Below, piece by piece: positions 1 through 12,937 of a stretch of DNA of 64,000 nucleotides. How positions within the stretch are numbered: the first letter of the stretch is position 1; each line of letters opens with the position of its first letter. Both the position numbers and the translations under genes were made by a program. This DNA is from an uncultured virus (IMG/VR IMGVR_UViG_3300025647_000017) (lineage: Duplodnaviria; Heunggongvirae; Uroviricota; Caudoviricetes), in the IMG/VR virus record IMGVR_UViG_3300025647_000017. One strand, given 5' to 3'. A model generated the notes under the pieces. The model did not search any database. It saw only the letters and a list, made by a program, of their open reading frames with translations, and was not told the origin of the DNA.

Positions 1-83
1 TAATTATTTATTGATCTGCTACTTGACATTATATTGTAGTGGAGTAATAATGATTGCAAGATAATTTATAGGAGGGAATAACT

Positions 84-3000
84 ATGTTTTGTAAGCATAA
101 GTGGAAAGTGTTGAGTGAAGTTACAACTGAGAGTATGGCGCAACATATATTAAATACCACTGCAGATGTCCCTCAACCTAGGAATAGTATGCAGGCTGGA
201 CAGTTATACAATAGAAAACATATTCTTGTTGTAACATGTGAAAATTGTGGTAAACTTAAACGCTATGTAGAAACAATCTAATAAGGAGTATACTTATGAG
301 TAAACCTATTGAAGCTGGATGCAAGGCTATTATTGTGAATACAAGACAAGCTAAGAATTATTTCTTAGTAGGTACCTCTTGTAATGTTTTGTTTTATGTG
401 AAGACAGGTGAGTCATTTACTTGCCCTTACTCAAAGCAAGTTATACACTATATCGGTGTTGAGGCTTGGGTTGTGGATATTATTGATACAGAAACATCAA
501 CCTCACGTATGTTAAGATCATCAAACCTACTACGTATAGATGGAGAAGATTTCTCTGAGGAAGCGGAACAAAATGAAGAATTGCTATTTGAAATGGAGTC
601 ACAACAATGATTATCAACACTAACAACCTAACACACTCACTACAATCAATTCTAAGCAACTCTATTGCTGCTTGTAATGAATCATACTCTAAGTATAATA
701 AAGCTCAACACGGAGGCACTAGGGACGCTTTAAAGGTATCCTTCAATACTGGCTATAGTAACATTGTATTATTGATGGATATTATTGTGAAAGAGAACTT
801 ACCTACACTACAACGTTTAGAGTTGGACAAACTTAATGTGCTACACAATAGTATAAATAACTTAAATAAAAGAGTTGACAGTAATGTTACAATCAATCAT
901 TATACTAAGACAGACAATAACACCATAGATAATCTAGCGTGGTGTAATGTAAATACTGGTGAAATAGAGGAGATGGTTTAACATGGGTGTACTGAATTGT
1001 GACAGAGTTGGTTGTGATAACATTATGTGTGATAATATCTCTCCTACATATGGTTACTTGTGCAGTGAGTGTAAGCAGGAGTTAATTGCAGGTGGGCGAC
1101 AAGATATTGACACCTTCATGGGAAGAAGTCCTGTAGAGGATCGTTACAGCTACGTTTGGGAAGAAGAAGTTAAAACTGAGTTTACTTCAAGATATGATGA
1201 GGATGAATAATATGACTGAACAACGCAAACGTATCCAAGAGTTAAACATGTTGATCACTAAACGTGAAGATTACCTTCGATACTTGAGTAGTGAAGTGCG
1301 TAAAACCAATGATGAATTATCCACATTGAAAACAGAATATAATCTATTAAATAAAGGAGAGTAATAACATGCCACATAAAATTACAGTAGAGTTAGAAGT
1401 CACAGAAAAGTTATTGGAATACTTTGAGCGTGTCGCTAAAGCGTATAATAGTACAGTGGAAGAAATCATGGTTGCACGTTTACGCTATAGTGATAACAAA
1501 GACCATGCAGCAGGTGACTTAGATGAATGAATATAATCTAGTATTTGAAAAAGGTATTTACATTTGTGCTGCAACAGTACAATACACACCACCTCAAGGT
1601 AATAAATGGAGTGCTGATAGTGACATAGATTACGAAGGTGATTTCGACATTATTGATATGCTAGTATGGGAAAGTGATGATGAAACACAATATCCAGTTG
1701 ACAAACATTCGATCACATGGGAAGATGTAGTACGTCATTATGAAGTGATGATGGAAACTACACAATTGGAGTATGAGTTGGATTCAGTTGAAGATGATGA
1801 GGATTTCTGGGAGGAATAGATTATGTCCGAGGGTTATATGGTTAGCTGTAAGAAGATGGCTACAATTAAGGCTGAGGAGCTTACAGCTTGGTTTGAAACA
1901 TACTGTACTGAGTATAAAGATAACTCAGATATGCATCAAGTATTTGCTGACAAGCTTCACATTGAACGATATAGGGCTAAACAACTGGCACATAGAATCG
2001 CGTACTCATGTAACAAAGGGTTGCTTAATTTGGGGCATGGTATTGGAGGGATTAGGTGATGTTTACCTTAGACTATCACCTACTTTCAGAGAAGATACCA
2101 GATAATAAATCTAAGATATGCTATTACGTATTGAAAGGTAATTATCAACTAACAAGTAGTCTTGCACAACAATTTGGAGACATTACTTACGAGTGGTTTA
2201 GTGATAATGGTGAGATCAGTAAGTACTACAAACCTGAGTCTGAGTGTAAGTATAAACTATTTGATACAAGACCTTCAGTTGGTTGGCCAGATGAAGATGT
2301 GCGACTGATGTTGTGTATAGCACATCAACCTATTTGGAAACTACATACTGGAGAGGTGAAGGTAGCTTGGAATTATACTCATGATATTATGTATACAGTA
2401 TCAAAGTACCAAGAAGGTAAAAATTACTTTCCTTGTTTTGATATTAACAATCTACTTCGTGAGGGTATTGTTAAAGTGGTATCTTGGGAGAAATGTAAAG
2501 TAGGTAGCTTAGGTAATGAGTATTTTCATGTATATGCAGATGTTGAGTACAAAGGAGATCCCTATCATCTGCGTATGGCACAGGAGGATAAGTGGGATGA
2601 AGATGATTGGACAATACCTGCTAAATTTGGTAAGGTTGAGATATTCGAGTGGTATAAAATTGAATGCGAGGGTTAAGTAATGAAATTTGATAATTTAACA
2701 AATGAACAAATTGAGTGGTTGGAACAGAAAATCTATGAAGCTTATGATGAGGGTTGGACTGACAGTGACAACTATAAAGACCACCTAGATAATAGTTGGA
2801 AAGAAAGTCTAGCCAAGAACCAAACATGTCATATACTTGCAGAACGTTTCATGGTACCAAGTGAGTTTAACTTTGATGATAAGGTTTTGATGACAAGGTT
2901 TTGATGACACACGATGATTATGTACCAGTATTACCAGAATGGTGGTATGCGTACCTAACTAAGGGTAAATTATGAAACTAGACTACCCTAACACTTGTCC

Positions 3001-3256
3001 TATCATAGACAGAGGTATAAGCTCTTGTTCAGATGCTATCTCAAGCCACGTAGAACGACTTGTGGAGAGTTTATTTCCAATGTTGGATACATTGATTAAC
3101 ATGGTGCAGGAGACTTCCTATGACATATTACAGGATGTCGAGAGGGAATTTGAAGTGGTACGGAGTACAAATGAGGGTATGCGTAGTGCTGCTGATTGTC
3201 AGATTAAAGATTTGTGTGATGAATTGAGTGAGTTGGAGAGTAGGTGTGAGGATTGA
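84..3256 (+). CDS. Cluster of about 12 small hypothetical early-type genes (84-281, 296-610, 607-981, 983-1210, 1523-1819, 1823-2059, 2056-2676, 2680-2904, 2972-3256 and short ones between)
   Basis: Tightly packed same-strand ORFs, most with GGAG-type Shine-Dalgarno sites; no recognisable motifs beyond CxxC pairs. Confidence 0.65.
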
Positions 3257-3312
3257 TTATCTTTTTCTAAAGGATAATCAAGTTAGTTATTCTTTTATAA
3301 AATGTAATTAAC

Positions 3313-5346
3313 ATGAGGAGAAGTTTAGTGAGTGAGTATGATAGTGGTTTATTTATAGGAGAACATCATGCCTGTTTATCTACTGAGTTTCCTATTACTA
3401 AATATGGGAAGCCACGTAGATCATGTAACTCTAGTGATGGTTTAGCAGTATATGAACATACAATGACAACAGGAGAGTTATATTACGATGCTGTATGTTT
3501 CTCTTGTAAACAGGGTTTTACCAAGGAAGAAGTACATTCATCAAGTCTGACAGGTAATTTAGGTATTGATCCTTCGGTAGGTAAAGTTACCAAAGTTATG
3601 GAATTTGTCAATAAAGCCTCTAAGAAGTTACCTATTACCAGAGAAGAACGTGATATTCTATGGAATAAGACGGGTTGGGAGGCTAAAGGTTTTCGTGGGT
3701 TTACCGATGAGATATTAAAATTCTATGGGCATAGGACTGAGTTAAATGCTAATGGAGAGGTGATTGCTCAGTACTACCCTGAGACAGAAGATTACAAACT
3801 TACGGGATACAAATCATGTCATGAACCTAAACGGTTCGGTATAGGTAATGTAGGAAAAACAGGACTTAGTAGCCAATTAAGTGGTCAACATAAATTCCCA
3901 GAAGGTGGTAAATATGCCTTGATAGTAGGCGGGGAAAAAGATAAAATTGCAGCACAAATTATGCTCCGTGAATATCAGGTAAAGAAACGACAAGATGGGT
4001 ACAACCATTATAGTGTAGTTAGCCCTACAACAGGAGAACCTTCTGCTGCAAAACAATGTAGACAACAATACGACTGGTTAAACTCGCATGAAGTTATTGT
4101 GATTGGCATGGATGCAGACGAAGTGGGGTTTGAGGCAGCCTTAGAGATAGCATCAGTATTACCAAAAGAAAAGGTGCGTATTGCTACATGGAGTGGTAAA
4201 GACCCTAATAAAATGTTATTAGATGGAAGACAGGCACAATTTTTATCTGATTTCTTTGGAGCTAAACCTTTAATTGAGACAGGTGTGTATGATGCTAATA
4301 TAGACTTCATGCAAGGTGTAATTGAAGTATTAACTACCCCAAGAATACCACTACCCCCTCATATGTATAAGTTACAAGAAATGACAAAAGGCGCAGGTTT
4401 ATTTACTAGATCCATATATTCACTCATAGGTGACACGAGCGTTGGTAAATCAACTCACATTGAGAGTATGATTGATTATTGGATGTTTAATGTACCTGAC
4501 CATAAGGTAGGTATTGTAAGTTTAGAGGCTAACAAGGAAGAGTGGACAGCATCTATGTTATCTACATTTCTAACTAACAACTTGTGGTGGATTCCTGTAG
4601 ATGAAGTTAAGGATTACTTACAGCGTCCAGACATAGTTGAAAAGTGTAAATCTTTCTTCTATAATGAATATGGGGAACCACGATTCGCTATCTTAGATGA
4701 TAGGGAAAATACGGTACATTCTTTAGAAAAGAATATAGAACGCTTAGTTAAACAGTTTGGTTGTACTATTATTGTTAATGATGTACTTACAGATGTATTA
4801 AGAACAGCGTCTAACGAAGACCAAGCTGCACATTTTAATTGGCAGAGTAACTTAGTTAAAGGGGGCACAACAATCTTTAATGTACTGCATACCCGTAAAT
4901 CCCCTTCAGATAGGAAAGGTAAGCCAACTTTTCCAGATGAAATGGACACATATGGTAGTTCGATATTCGTCCAAAAGGCTGCAGGTAACTTTATTATTGC
5001 ACGTAATAAGAATGCACCAGAAGATGATATGATTGAACAAAATACAACGTATATGAAAGTAACTAAACTTCGTAAGGGTGTTACAGGTATGGCTGGTGCA
5101 TTATATTATGATGGAGAGAGTAAAGTTATTGCTGATAGAGACCAATTTTTTGCTGCCAACCCAGATAAACTACCTGTAGGATATGACCTAAGCGTTAGTA
5201 GTTTTGATAAGGCTTATTGGGAAGAAGGTGGTAGAGGTTATAACGGGGAAGGGTCTGAAGGTAGTTTTAGTGGTAATAAACAAAATAAAACTTTCACTAT
5301 CAATACAGACAATGCACCAATAGATGTAGGAGGGTTCACACTTTGA
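3313..5346 (+). CDS. Bifunctional DNA primase-helicase (T7 gp4-like)
   Basis: N-terminal Cys-rich Zn region, Toprim motifs (GGEKD, MDAD, GKDPN), Walker A GDTSVGKS, DnaB-type C-terminal half; probable start GTG at 3328 after AGGAG. Confidence 0.9.
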   Translation: MRRSLVSEYDSGLFIGEHHACLSTEFPITKYGKPRRSCNSSDGLAVYEHTMTTGELYYDAVCFSCKQGFTKEEVHSSSLTGNLGIDPSVGKVTKVMEFVNKASKKLPITREERDILWNKTGWEAKGFRGFTDEILKFYGHRTELNANGEVIAQYYPETEDYKLTGYKSCHEPKRFGIGNVGKTGLSSQLSGQHKFPEGGKYALIVGGEKDKIAAQIMLREYQVKKRQDGYNHYSVVSPTTGEPSAAKQCRQQYDWLNSHEVIVIGMDADEVGFEAALEIASVLPKEKVRIATWSGKDPNKMLLDGRQAQFLSDFFGAKPLIETGVYDANIDFMQGVIEVLTTPRIPLPPHMYKLQEMTKGAGLFTRSIYSLIGDTSVGKSTHIESMIDYWMFNVPDHKVGIVSLEANKEEWTASMLSTFLTNNLWWIPVDEVKDYLQRPDIVEKCKSFFYNEYGEPRFAILDDRENTVHSLEKNIERLVKQFGCTIIVNDVLTDVLRTASNEDQAAHFNWQSNLVKGGTTIFNVLHTRKSPSDRKGKPTFPDEMDTYGSSIFVQKAAGNFIIARNKNAPEDDMIEQNTTYMKVTKLRKGVTGMAGALYYDGESKVIADRDQFFAANPDKLPVGYDLSVSSFDKAYWEEGGRGYNGEGSEGSFSGNKQNKTFTINTDNAPIDVGGFTL

Positions 5347-8096
5347 TTTTAGATTTAGATAAATATTTACCACAACGACATTATGGAGATATTGAAGCTA
5401 AAGGTTTCTATGATGTTGTTAATACAGAAGATGACGTTTGGTGTCTATGTACTATCACAGAAGATGATCAGGTACTATTATTTCATGATTACCCTGAATA
5501 TGATAATGTAGAGGTATATGATGCTGATGATAATAAAACTTATATCATACCACCGCGTGTAGGATCTCTTATAGATGGTGCTAGGTATTGGTATAAAATT
5601 GGCAGAAGTGGTGGCAAACTCTCAGTTCACAATTGTCAGACATACGATAAACCTTTAATTGAGAAGATTTGGCCTAAGTGTATTATACCTGCATCTTGTT
5701 GGGAGGATACTTATATACAATCAAAGGTGCAATGGTTCGACAGACCTTGTCCAAAAGGTGCCAAATCCGCTCATGGCTTAAAAGCCTATGGCATTAAGTT
5801 TGGTAATAAGAAGCCAGACATAGAAGATTGGACAATCATGGATGCGTATAAACTACACCGTATCGTAGAAGACTGTAAAATACAAAAGATGACTGCCTTA
5901 TTTTTAGATAAGGAAGCAGAAACCTTTAAAACTAAGTTTGGTATGGATTTTACAAAAGCTATTAATGAAGTAGAGAAACCTTATGCAACTATTGCGTTTG
6001 AACAAGAGTTACGTGGTGCTAAGGTTGATGTAGAACATATTAATAAATGTGTAGCTTGGTTAGATATTGAAACTGAACGTTTATCTTCTTACATAGAACC
6101 ATCTTTACCACCTACCTTGAAAAATAAGACAGGACGTGTTGGTAGGAATGAGATGGCTCTTTTATTACTAGGGAGGGATGACGTAGCTGATATTATTGAC
6201 ACTTATACAGGTGAGGTAGTTAAACCTTACTACAAACCTAGTACTAATTTCCACCGTATTGAAAAGCAAAAGTATTACTCAGGGTTTCATATATCATATG
6301 GAGATAGCCCTTCTTTCAAAAAGAAGAATGAACTTACAACGTGGATAAAAGATACGCATCCTGACACTAAAAGTAAAGAATGGGATATAGGTTTTGAGGA
6401 AAAAGAGACTCCCCTCTTAAACAAGAACACTTGTGAATATTTTGGTGTAGAGGAAACAGAAACTGATATTATCTCTGGTCCACATACACGTATTGAATGG
6501 AATATAACTAAACTTACCCAACATGAGAAGGTAAAAGGTTACCTGATAAAATCTGGTATTAAGTGGGCTGAAGTATGGAACATTAAAAAGGTAGACGGTT
6601 ACCCAGCTAGAGCAGAGGAAGATACTATTATCTACTACCCACCAAAAGCCCATCCTTCTATGCAGATAACGTATGAAGTTAAAAAGGGTGAGAACTTAGT
6701 ATCATCCCCTAAATTTGGGGATAAAGAATATGAGCAACTTGGTGATGATGCAGAGATGGGTAAGGATATTGCAAAATACAACACCTATATGCATAGACGT
6801 AGGTTTTTCTCTAATGTTAAAGACCCAGAAAACAAGGGTGTATTAGCTTATGTTAGAGAAGATGGTAGGGTTCCCTGTGGTTTAGGAAACTTCCTTACAT
6901 CTACAGGCCGTAGTAACCAACGGGTTATTGTTAATTTACCCTCTGAATCAAGTCTTTATGGTAAGGAGATGCGAGAAGCTATCATTGCAGATGAAGGTAA
7001 AATTCTAGTTGGTTGTGACCAAAAAAGCTCCCAACTTAGTATTGGAGCGTTTATAGCTAACAACCAAGATTACTACAATGCTGTAGCCACAGGGGTTGAG
7101 TTTGAAAATACAGAAGATGGTTCGCAAGTTTACCTTGGGACTTCAGCCCACTGTGTTAATGCCCGTAACTTTGGTTTAGTTTCTCAAGAAGAATGGACTA
7201 AAGCTGTATCTTCTCAAGATGAGGGGTTAATACACAGTATAGCCTTAAGACGTAAGAAGTCAAAAGGTCCAAGTTTTGGCGTTAACTAATATAGCGCATC
7301 CAACCTTAAACGGGGAAAACCTTACCATTAAGTTGAAGGTAACCTGCCGTGCTAAAGTGCCTAATTGTCACTAAAGCCTAACGACTAGATGTGTATGTAG
7401 AGAAGCATCGTAGAGCCAAGTGGTGGTATTTATACCTTAAATCGAAACGGGTTGGCTATTGCTTGCTAAAGTAATAGATGATATAGTCTCAACTTCTATG
7501 GAAACATAGAGATGCAAGTGATGTTGCTGGCTCAGTATAACGAACTGGGTTGAAGATAATGTATATTTGGTTGTAGTGGTAAAAAACTAGGTTTAATGTT
7601 AGATATACCCCCACAAGAAGGTAACGAGAAAAAGAATAACTTCTTAACTCGTATGGGTCTTGATAAAGTAATTGAATATGTTAAAAGGTGTTCTCAGCAA
7701 TTCAGTTACGGAGGGGGGTTCTTTATCCCTGTCTATGGTTACTGGCTATGGTGTCGTGGTGTAAACGTAGGGGTTAACTATTTTTGTCAAGGATTAGAAG
7801 CTATTATCCAGAAAAAGGCAGTTATAGCTTTTGATAAGATAATGGAAGCCAAGGGTTATAAAACTCACACAGGTTCTGTACTTCAGGTCCATGATGAGAT
7901 CCTTATAGAGACTTTACCTGAGTTAGCTGATGAAGTTGGTAGGATAATGTGTAATTGCTACACAGAAGCTGGTTCTGATATGTTAGCTTGGTATAAGGAG
8001 AATAAATGGGCGTACCCTGCAGGTGGTGAACCTAGTATAAGTGTAGATTTTAGTGGAGGTTATGCTAAAGGTCTCAACTATTATGCGTGTCATTAG
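5343..8096 (+). CDS. polA: Family A DNA polymerase, spliced: join(5343..7282,7562..8096), 824 aa
   Basis: Exonuclease DIE motif, TGR motif, motif A (GCDQKSSQL), motif B restored by splicing (RKKSKGPSFGVIFG), motif C (VHDE). Confidence 0.93.
7283..7561 (+). mobile_element. Group I intron in polA (279 nt, no ORF)
   Basis: P1 exon GCGU with GCGC (U-G); P10 AAUAUA with exon TATATT; P3 CCAACCU/GGGUUGG; P7 GACUA/UAGUC; P9 GAAA tetraloop; terminal G at 7561; frame restored. Confidence 0.93.
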
Positions 8097-8120
8097 TAAT
8101 TAAACAAGATTACCTCCCAA

Positions 8121-9287
8121 ATGGGAGGTGTCTTTATTGGGGGTTTTATGAGTTTTAACTTTAAAGTTGGAGACAAAGTTGCAAGTGTCTGTGGTAGTAT
8201 GAATGGTGCGCTGATATCAATAGACCACAGACATAATCGATGTAAGGTTTTATTTGATAACGGAAGGGAGAGGAACTACAGTAAAGCTGCAATAGAATCT
8301 GGAGATATAGATGATAAACCTTATCAAAAAATAAAAGCAGGGGATAAATTTAATACTAATAAATACGGGGTGGTTACAGTTAAAGATTACCTAAGTACTT
8401 ATAAGATTACTATAGAATTTAAAGATGGTGTTACTAGCTCCACAACAGCATCTAGTCTCAGATTAGGTAATGTTGGTCACCCTATGAGCGGCTTGTACAT
8501 TGGCTTTGAGTTTACTAACAGTGATGGTTGTACTGGTAAAGTTATTAGATTTAATTCACCCTACGATGTAGATGTAGAGTGGTTTGATGGTGTGGTAACT
8601 AAAGGGCATGCCGCAGCCCATATAAAGTTTGGAGGTGTTTACTACCCAAATTATAAATCTGTTTGTGGTGTCGGGTACTTTGGGATTGGAGATTATATTT
8701 CCGATAAGAGTGGTAAGACAGGTAATTATAATAAAAGAGTATATGGCTCATGGTGTAGGATGTTAGGTCGGTGCTACGATCCGAAAGAACAAATGAAACC
8801 TAAAGGTAGAGCTTATATTGGCGTTACTGTTTGCGAGGAATGGCACTGTTTTCAAAACTTTGGTAAGTGGGCAAGTGATAAGGAAGACAAATTTATTGTA
8901 GGTTTTGAGTTAGATAAGGATATGTTTGGTGATGGATTATCATATTCACCTGATAATTGCACATTACTCCCCGCCAGTATTAACAGTTTTCTCTCAGAAT
9001 GTGGCGCTACTAAAGTATCAGGACTACCAGATGGTGTAAATATAGTTAAGCCTAAGGGGGGTACAAACGCTACCGTGGGTTATATTGCTAGGTGTCACGT
9101 TGATAATGTAAGGCAATACCTAGGGTTCTATAAGACTCCAGAAGAAGCTGCAGAAGTATATAAGGTTGCCAAGGAAAGCGAAGCTCTTAGGTTAGCTGAC
9201 AAGTTTAAGTCGGTTCTCAGTACAGAAGAATATGATAAACTTGTTAATTTTACTTTATCAGATATACATAGAAAGAAGGATAAGTAA
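8121..9287 (+). CDS. Free-standing HNH-type homing endonuclease with N-terminal repeats and AP2-like C-terminus (probable start 8148)
   Basis: W..ML.RCY, VCEEW..FQNF, LDKD..YSPDNC motifs; YLGFYKTPEEA AP2-like end; directly downstream of polA. Confidence 0.8.
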   Translation: MGGVFIGGFMSFNFKVGDKVASVCGSMNGALISIDHRHNRCKVLFDNGRERNYSKAAIESGDIDDKPYQKIKAGDKFNTNKYGVVTVKDYLSTYKITIEFKDGVTSSTTASSLRLGNVGHPMSGLYIGFEFTNSDGCTGKVIRFNSPYDVDVEWFDGVVTKGHAAAHIKFGGVYYPNYKSVCGVGYFGIGDYISDKSGKTGNYNKRVYGSWCRMLGRCYDPKEQMKPKGRAYIGVTVCEEWHCFQNFGKWASDKEDKFIVGFELDKDMFGDGLSYSPDNCTLLPASINSFLSECGATKVSGLPDGVNIVKPKGGTNATVGYIARCHVDNVRQYLGFYKTPEEAAEVYKVAKESEALRLADKFKSVLSTEEYDKLVNFTLSDIHRKKDK

Positions 9288-9291
9288 CCCC

Positions 9292-9320
9292 TTGACACCT
9301 ACTCTCCCATACCCTATAAT
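9292..9320 (+). promoter_or_regulatory. Consensus sigma70 promoter overlapping a terminator hairpin
   Basis: TTGACA(9292-9297)-17 nt-TATAAT(9315-9320); AATCTCCGTA...TACGGAGATTTTT stem follows. Confidence 0.85.
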
Positions 9321-9353
9321 CTCCGTATCTTAATTGCTACGGAGATTTTTATT

Positions 9354-12300
9354 ATGAAACTATCACCTTCTGAACTCATATTAACTCTTGTAATATTATC
9401 AGTACTATTCTACACTGGAGTTACACGTTACCAATCTTCACTTGTACCTCCGCCTACATTGCCAAGTTGTACTGTGACTGATAACTTAGTCACTCTATAC
9501 AATAAAAATTACACCAATGCTAAATTAAAGTTGACATGTGGTGGTGAAGTGTTTAATATTGACGGATTGAATGTAGGAAGAATTGTGTATAAACAAAACC
9601 GTAGAGTTTTAGGTTTGAAACATGCACCAGATGCTAAATAACTGGAGATAATAATATGAAAATTAAAGATATCATTGCTAACTTGGATAAGTCTGAAGCT
9701 AATAGGGATGAGAATGTTAATTGGGATTTACAGAATATGATCTCTGATTTAAGTTTAGACTGTTGGGTGTATAGCCAAAATCAAGATGACTTACGTATGA
9801 AGTGTTACTGGTTGTCCGTTTGGACTTGTACAGATACCCATGTTGGGACAAGAGCTTACTTCTTGGATGATATGTTGGTTTGTATCTCACAACAAAACTC
9901 ACGTAAAGGTGGTGAAACCTTCGAGTGGGTTGATGAGATGGCTGTTACCGCCACAAGAAACTTCATATTTTCCTTACAGAAAGAAGAAGATGAATCTGAT
10001 GTGACCTATCTAGATTTAGAAGAGGAAGTTGGTGTAGGTTTTAACGTTAATTTTACTGGACAATTACACACAGATAAAGTAATCTACGAAGGAAGTAGGG
10101 CTGTTGTCTTAGAAGATAATGAATACACAGAGCTACCTTGTGGTAAGAAAGAAAATAACTTTCACACCATTAAGGTCACTAATGAATATGGCACTCGCCT
10201 TGTTGACATACAAAAATGTGTTGTCCCTTGGCATACTACAGATGGTTGGAGATAATATGACTAAACTAAAAGACGTACACACTGAACATTGTTGTATCGA
10301 TCATGGTTGTAAATATGGTAATGAAAACTGTACCGTAACTACTGGAAAAATTCAGCAGTCTTACTCTTGTATGGATTGTGAAGAAGAGTTGAAGCTGGAA
10401 TCCAATAATGAATTATTAAAACTAATCCAGCAGCACACTGAGTTGCTTGCAGATTCTGTAGCTCGACGTAGAGAGACTTCTGCTGGTAACAAGGCACTTC
10501 ATACCAAGATGTTAGAACTCTTGTCTGACGAAGACTGGGAAGGTGTGGAGGGTATGTTACGTGACTCTTGGTACCAGAAACCTTTAGATGGTGTTATATG
10601 TTGCCTGAATCCATCTGATATGGATGTTAAGGTTAAATTCTACAATACATGGAGTGGTTATGAAAACTAAAGTACTCTTACTTGGTTCTGGTAGTGAACC
10701 ATCTATGTCCCACAGTAGAATTATTGACACACTACAACATAGCCCTGAACTATTAATTATTTATATTAACCAAGATACTGTTGACACGATTAAAGGTTTA
10801 GATTATGATTGTGTCATCTTAGATGAACTCGTAGACTTAGGGTGTATTGAACAAGCCCGTGGTATTACCATTAAGAGTGATAATGTAAATGTTGGTACCA
10901 TAGGTAATCCTGATTGGTATTATGATCCTGCACAATTAGTTCAGTTTGATGATTGTATGGGTATTGCAAATAAAAATTTATCTGGTAAGATAGTCGACAC
11001 TAAACATAAGAAGCCATTTTATCAGACTGGTAGATGGTAATTTAATTAAGGAGAATATTATGGATATAACATTAACATATAATACAAACTACTTTCCATT
11101 TAGATGGACACTTAATGTGTGTAATGGATTGGGACTCCAAGTGGATTTTTCAGCTAAGCCAACAAAGAAACAAATACGTAATGTGGTTAATGCTGTAATC
11201 AAAGCTGACCATACTAGTTGGGGCAAGAAATACAGTATAGTTAAAGGTAAAATGATTTAAGCTAATAGAGGAGAGCCTTATGCAACATTATGAACAACCT
11301 TGGGCGGGAGGTACAGTATATAACTGTATTCAAAATTGCCTGCGTTATGTACAACAATCAAGCAATAATGCAATGACTACTACTATAAATGAAGTTACCA
11401 TCGTAGTCTACAAAGAGTCTTTCATTAGTGACCTTTGTGATAAGTATGATATGCAACGTAAGATCACTTATAAACAATATTAGGAGAATATTATGCATGA
11501 CAAATTTATCGTTACAGAATGCATGGGTGTTAAACAAGTTGGATTCAACGGTGCAATGGGAGTGTCTGTGTTGGATGTTGAAGAAATTGTCCATATGCTA
11601 AACGGTTTTAGTAACACTTGTATTAAATTGGAAGAACGCATCGCTGGTCAACTTAAGATGATAGATGTTGCTGGTAAAGAAATTGAACGTTTAGAGGATG
11701 ACCTAGATAGGATGTTCTCACAAGCTAACCCATATTAATATTATAAAGGTATTATCGATTAAGGGGTATAATATGTACAAAGATAAAAATGGTAACTACA
11801 TTTCGATCCACTCAGTAGTTAAGTATAATGGATATTACTACGCAGTTATGCAGATGGATAAATCTAATGGTAGGGAATTCTTTGTTGAGTTGAAGAATGG
11901 TTGTGTAATTTGCTGGGCTAAACCAGAATTGTTGGAGGTAATCAATTGATAGCTTATAAATTATTTAGGTTAACAAAAGATAATAAACTTGCACCTTTGT
12001 TCATTAACCGTAAACTACGTATACCTGTTGGAGTTTGGATGGAGGCTGAATTTCACCCAACAAAAGGGTTCTCTGAACGTCAGGGCTTCCACCTTTGCTT
12101 AACACCCTCAGCACCTCACTTGAAAGAAGTGTTAAAATCTGGTGAAGTTCGTGTATGGTGTCAAGTTGAGATTGAAGATTATAAATATCATGAACGTCCT
12201 GAATCTCAAGGTGGTATGTGGGTATTAGCACAGAAGATGAAGGTTATTAAACAATTAGACAAATATGGAGACTATTAAATGAACATTAGATTTTCACTAT

Positions 12301-12772
12301 TAGACTTAGACATTAATACAAACCAACATATCTACGGATTATTCCTAGGTAATTGGTTAATAATTGATGCTACTGGAAAGGCAACTTCTGAGGATAAATC
12401 GGTGTTACGTATTGAATATAGTATTGTGACTGGTTTAGAATTGGAAGTGTTGGGTGTTACTTTACTTTAAAGGAGAAATAAATGGATAGTACGAATAATA
12501 AATCACTTACGTGGTTAAAAGTAGAAGCTTACTTGGAAGATGGTGGTATTAAATCTTGGAATTTAGTTAACATATTTGGTCAAGTAAATTATGCACAACT
12601 AACTGTACTAGCAAGTGATGTGGAGACTATTTGTAAGGATGTATTTGAAGCCTATGAAGGAGATGATTGGGGTTTAGATGAAGGATTCTTTTCATTAACA
12701 CTTTCATTCGATAATCCACCAGATGAACTTACATTTACTTTATCGGATAGTTTCTACTCTCCTTTACTTTAA
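9354..12772 (+). CDS. Cluster of small hypothetical genes (9354-9641 with TM/signal segment, 9656-10255, about 10257-10670, 10660-11040, 11060-11260, 11280-11483, 11493-11738, 11946-12278, 12279-12470, 12482-12772)
   Basis: Packed ORFs with GGAG RBS downstream of the 9292 promoter. Confidence 0.65.
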
Positions 12773-12937
12773 CAAATTCAATTACATCACTTATTCTGAG
12801 ATAACCTTGAGTTGGTATAAAGGTGAGTGTTATAATTGTTGTACCAAATGACCAGTGGATGGATATTCCACAACAAACCTACTTGGTCAGTAGATACCCG
12901 CACATTATGTGCATTATAATTTATAGAAGGATACAAT

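Noticed and set aside
5343..8096. Intein in polA or terL
   Set aside because: The inserts contain in-frame stops and show no C/S...HN intein ends
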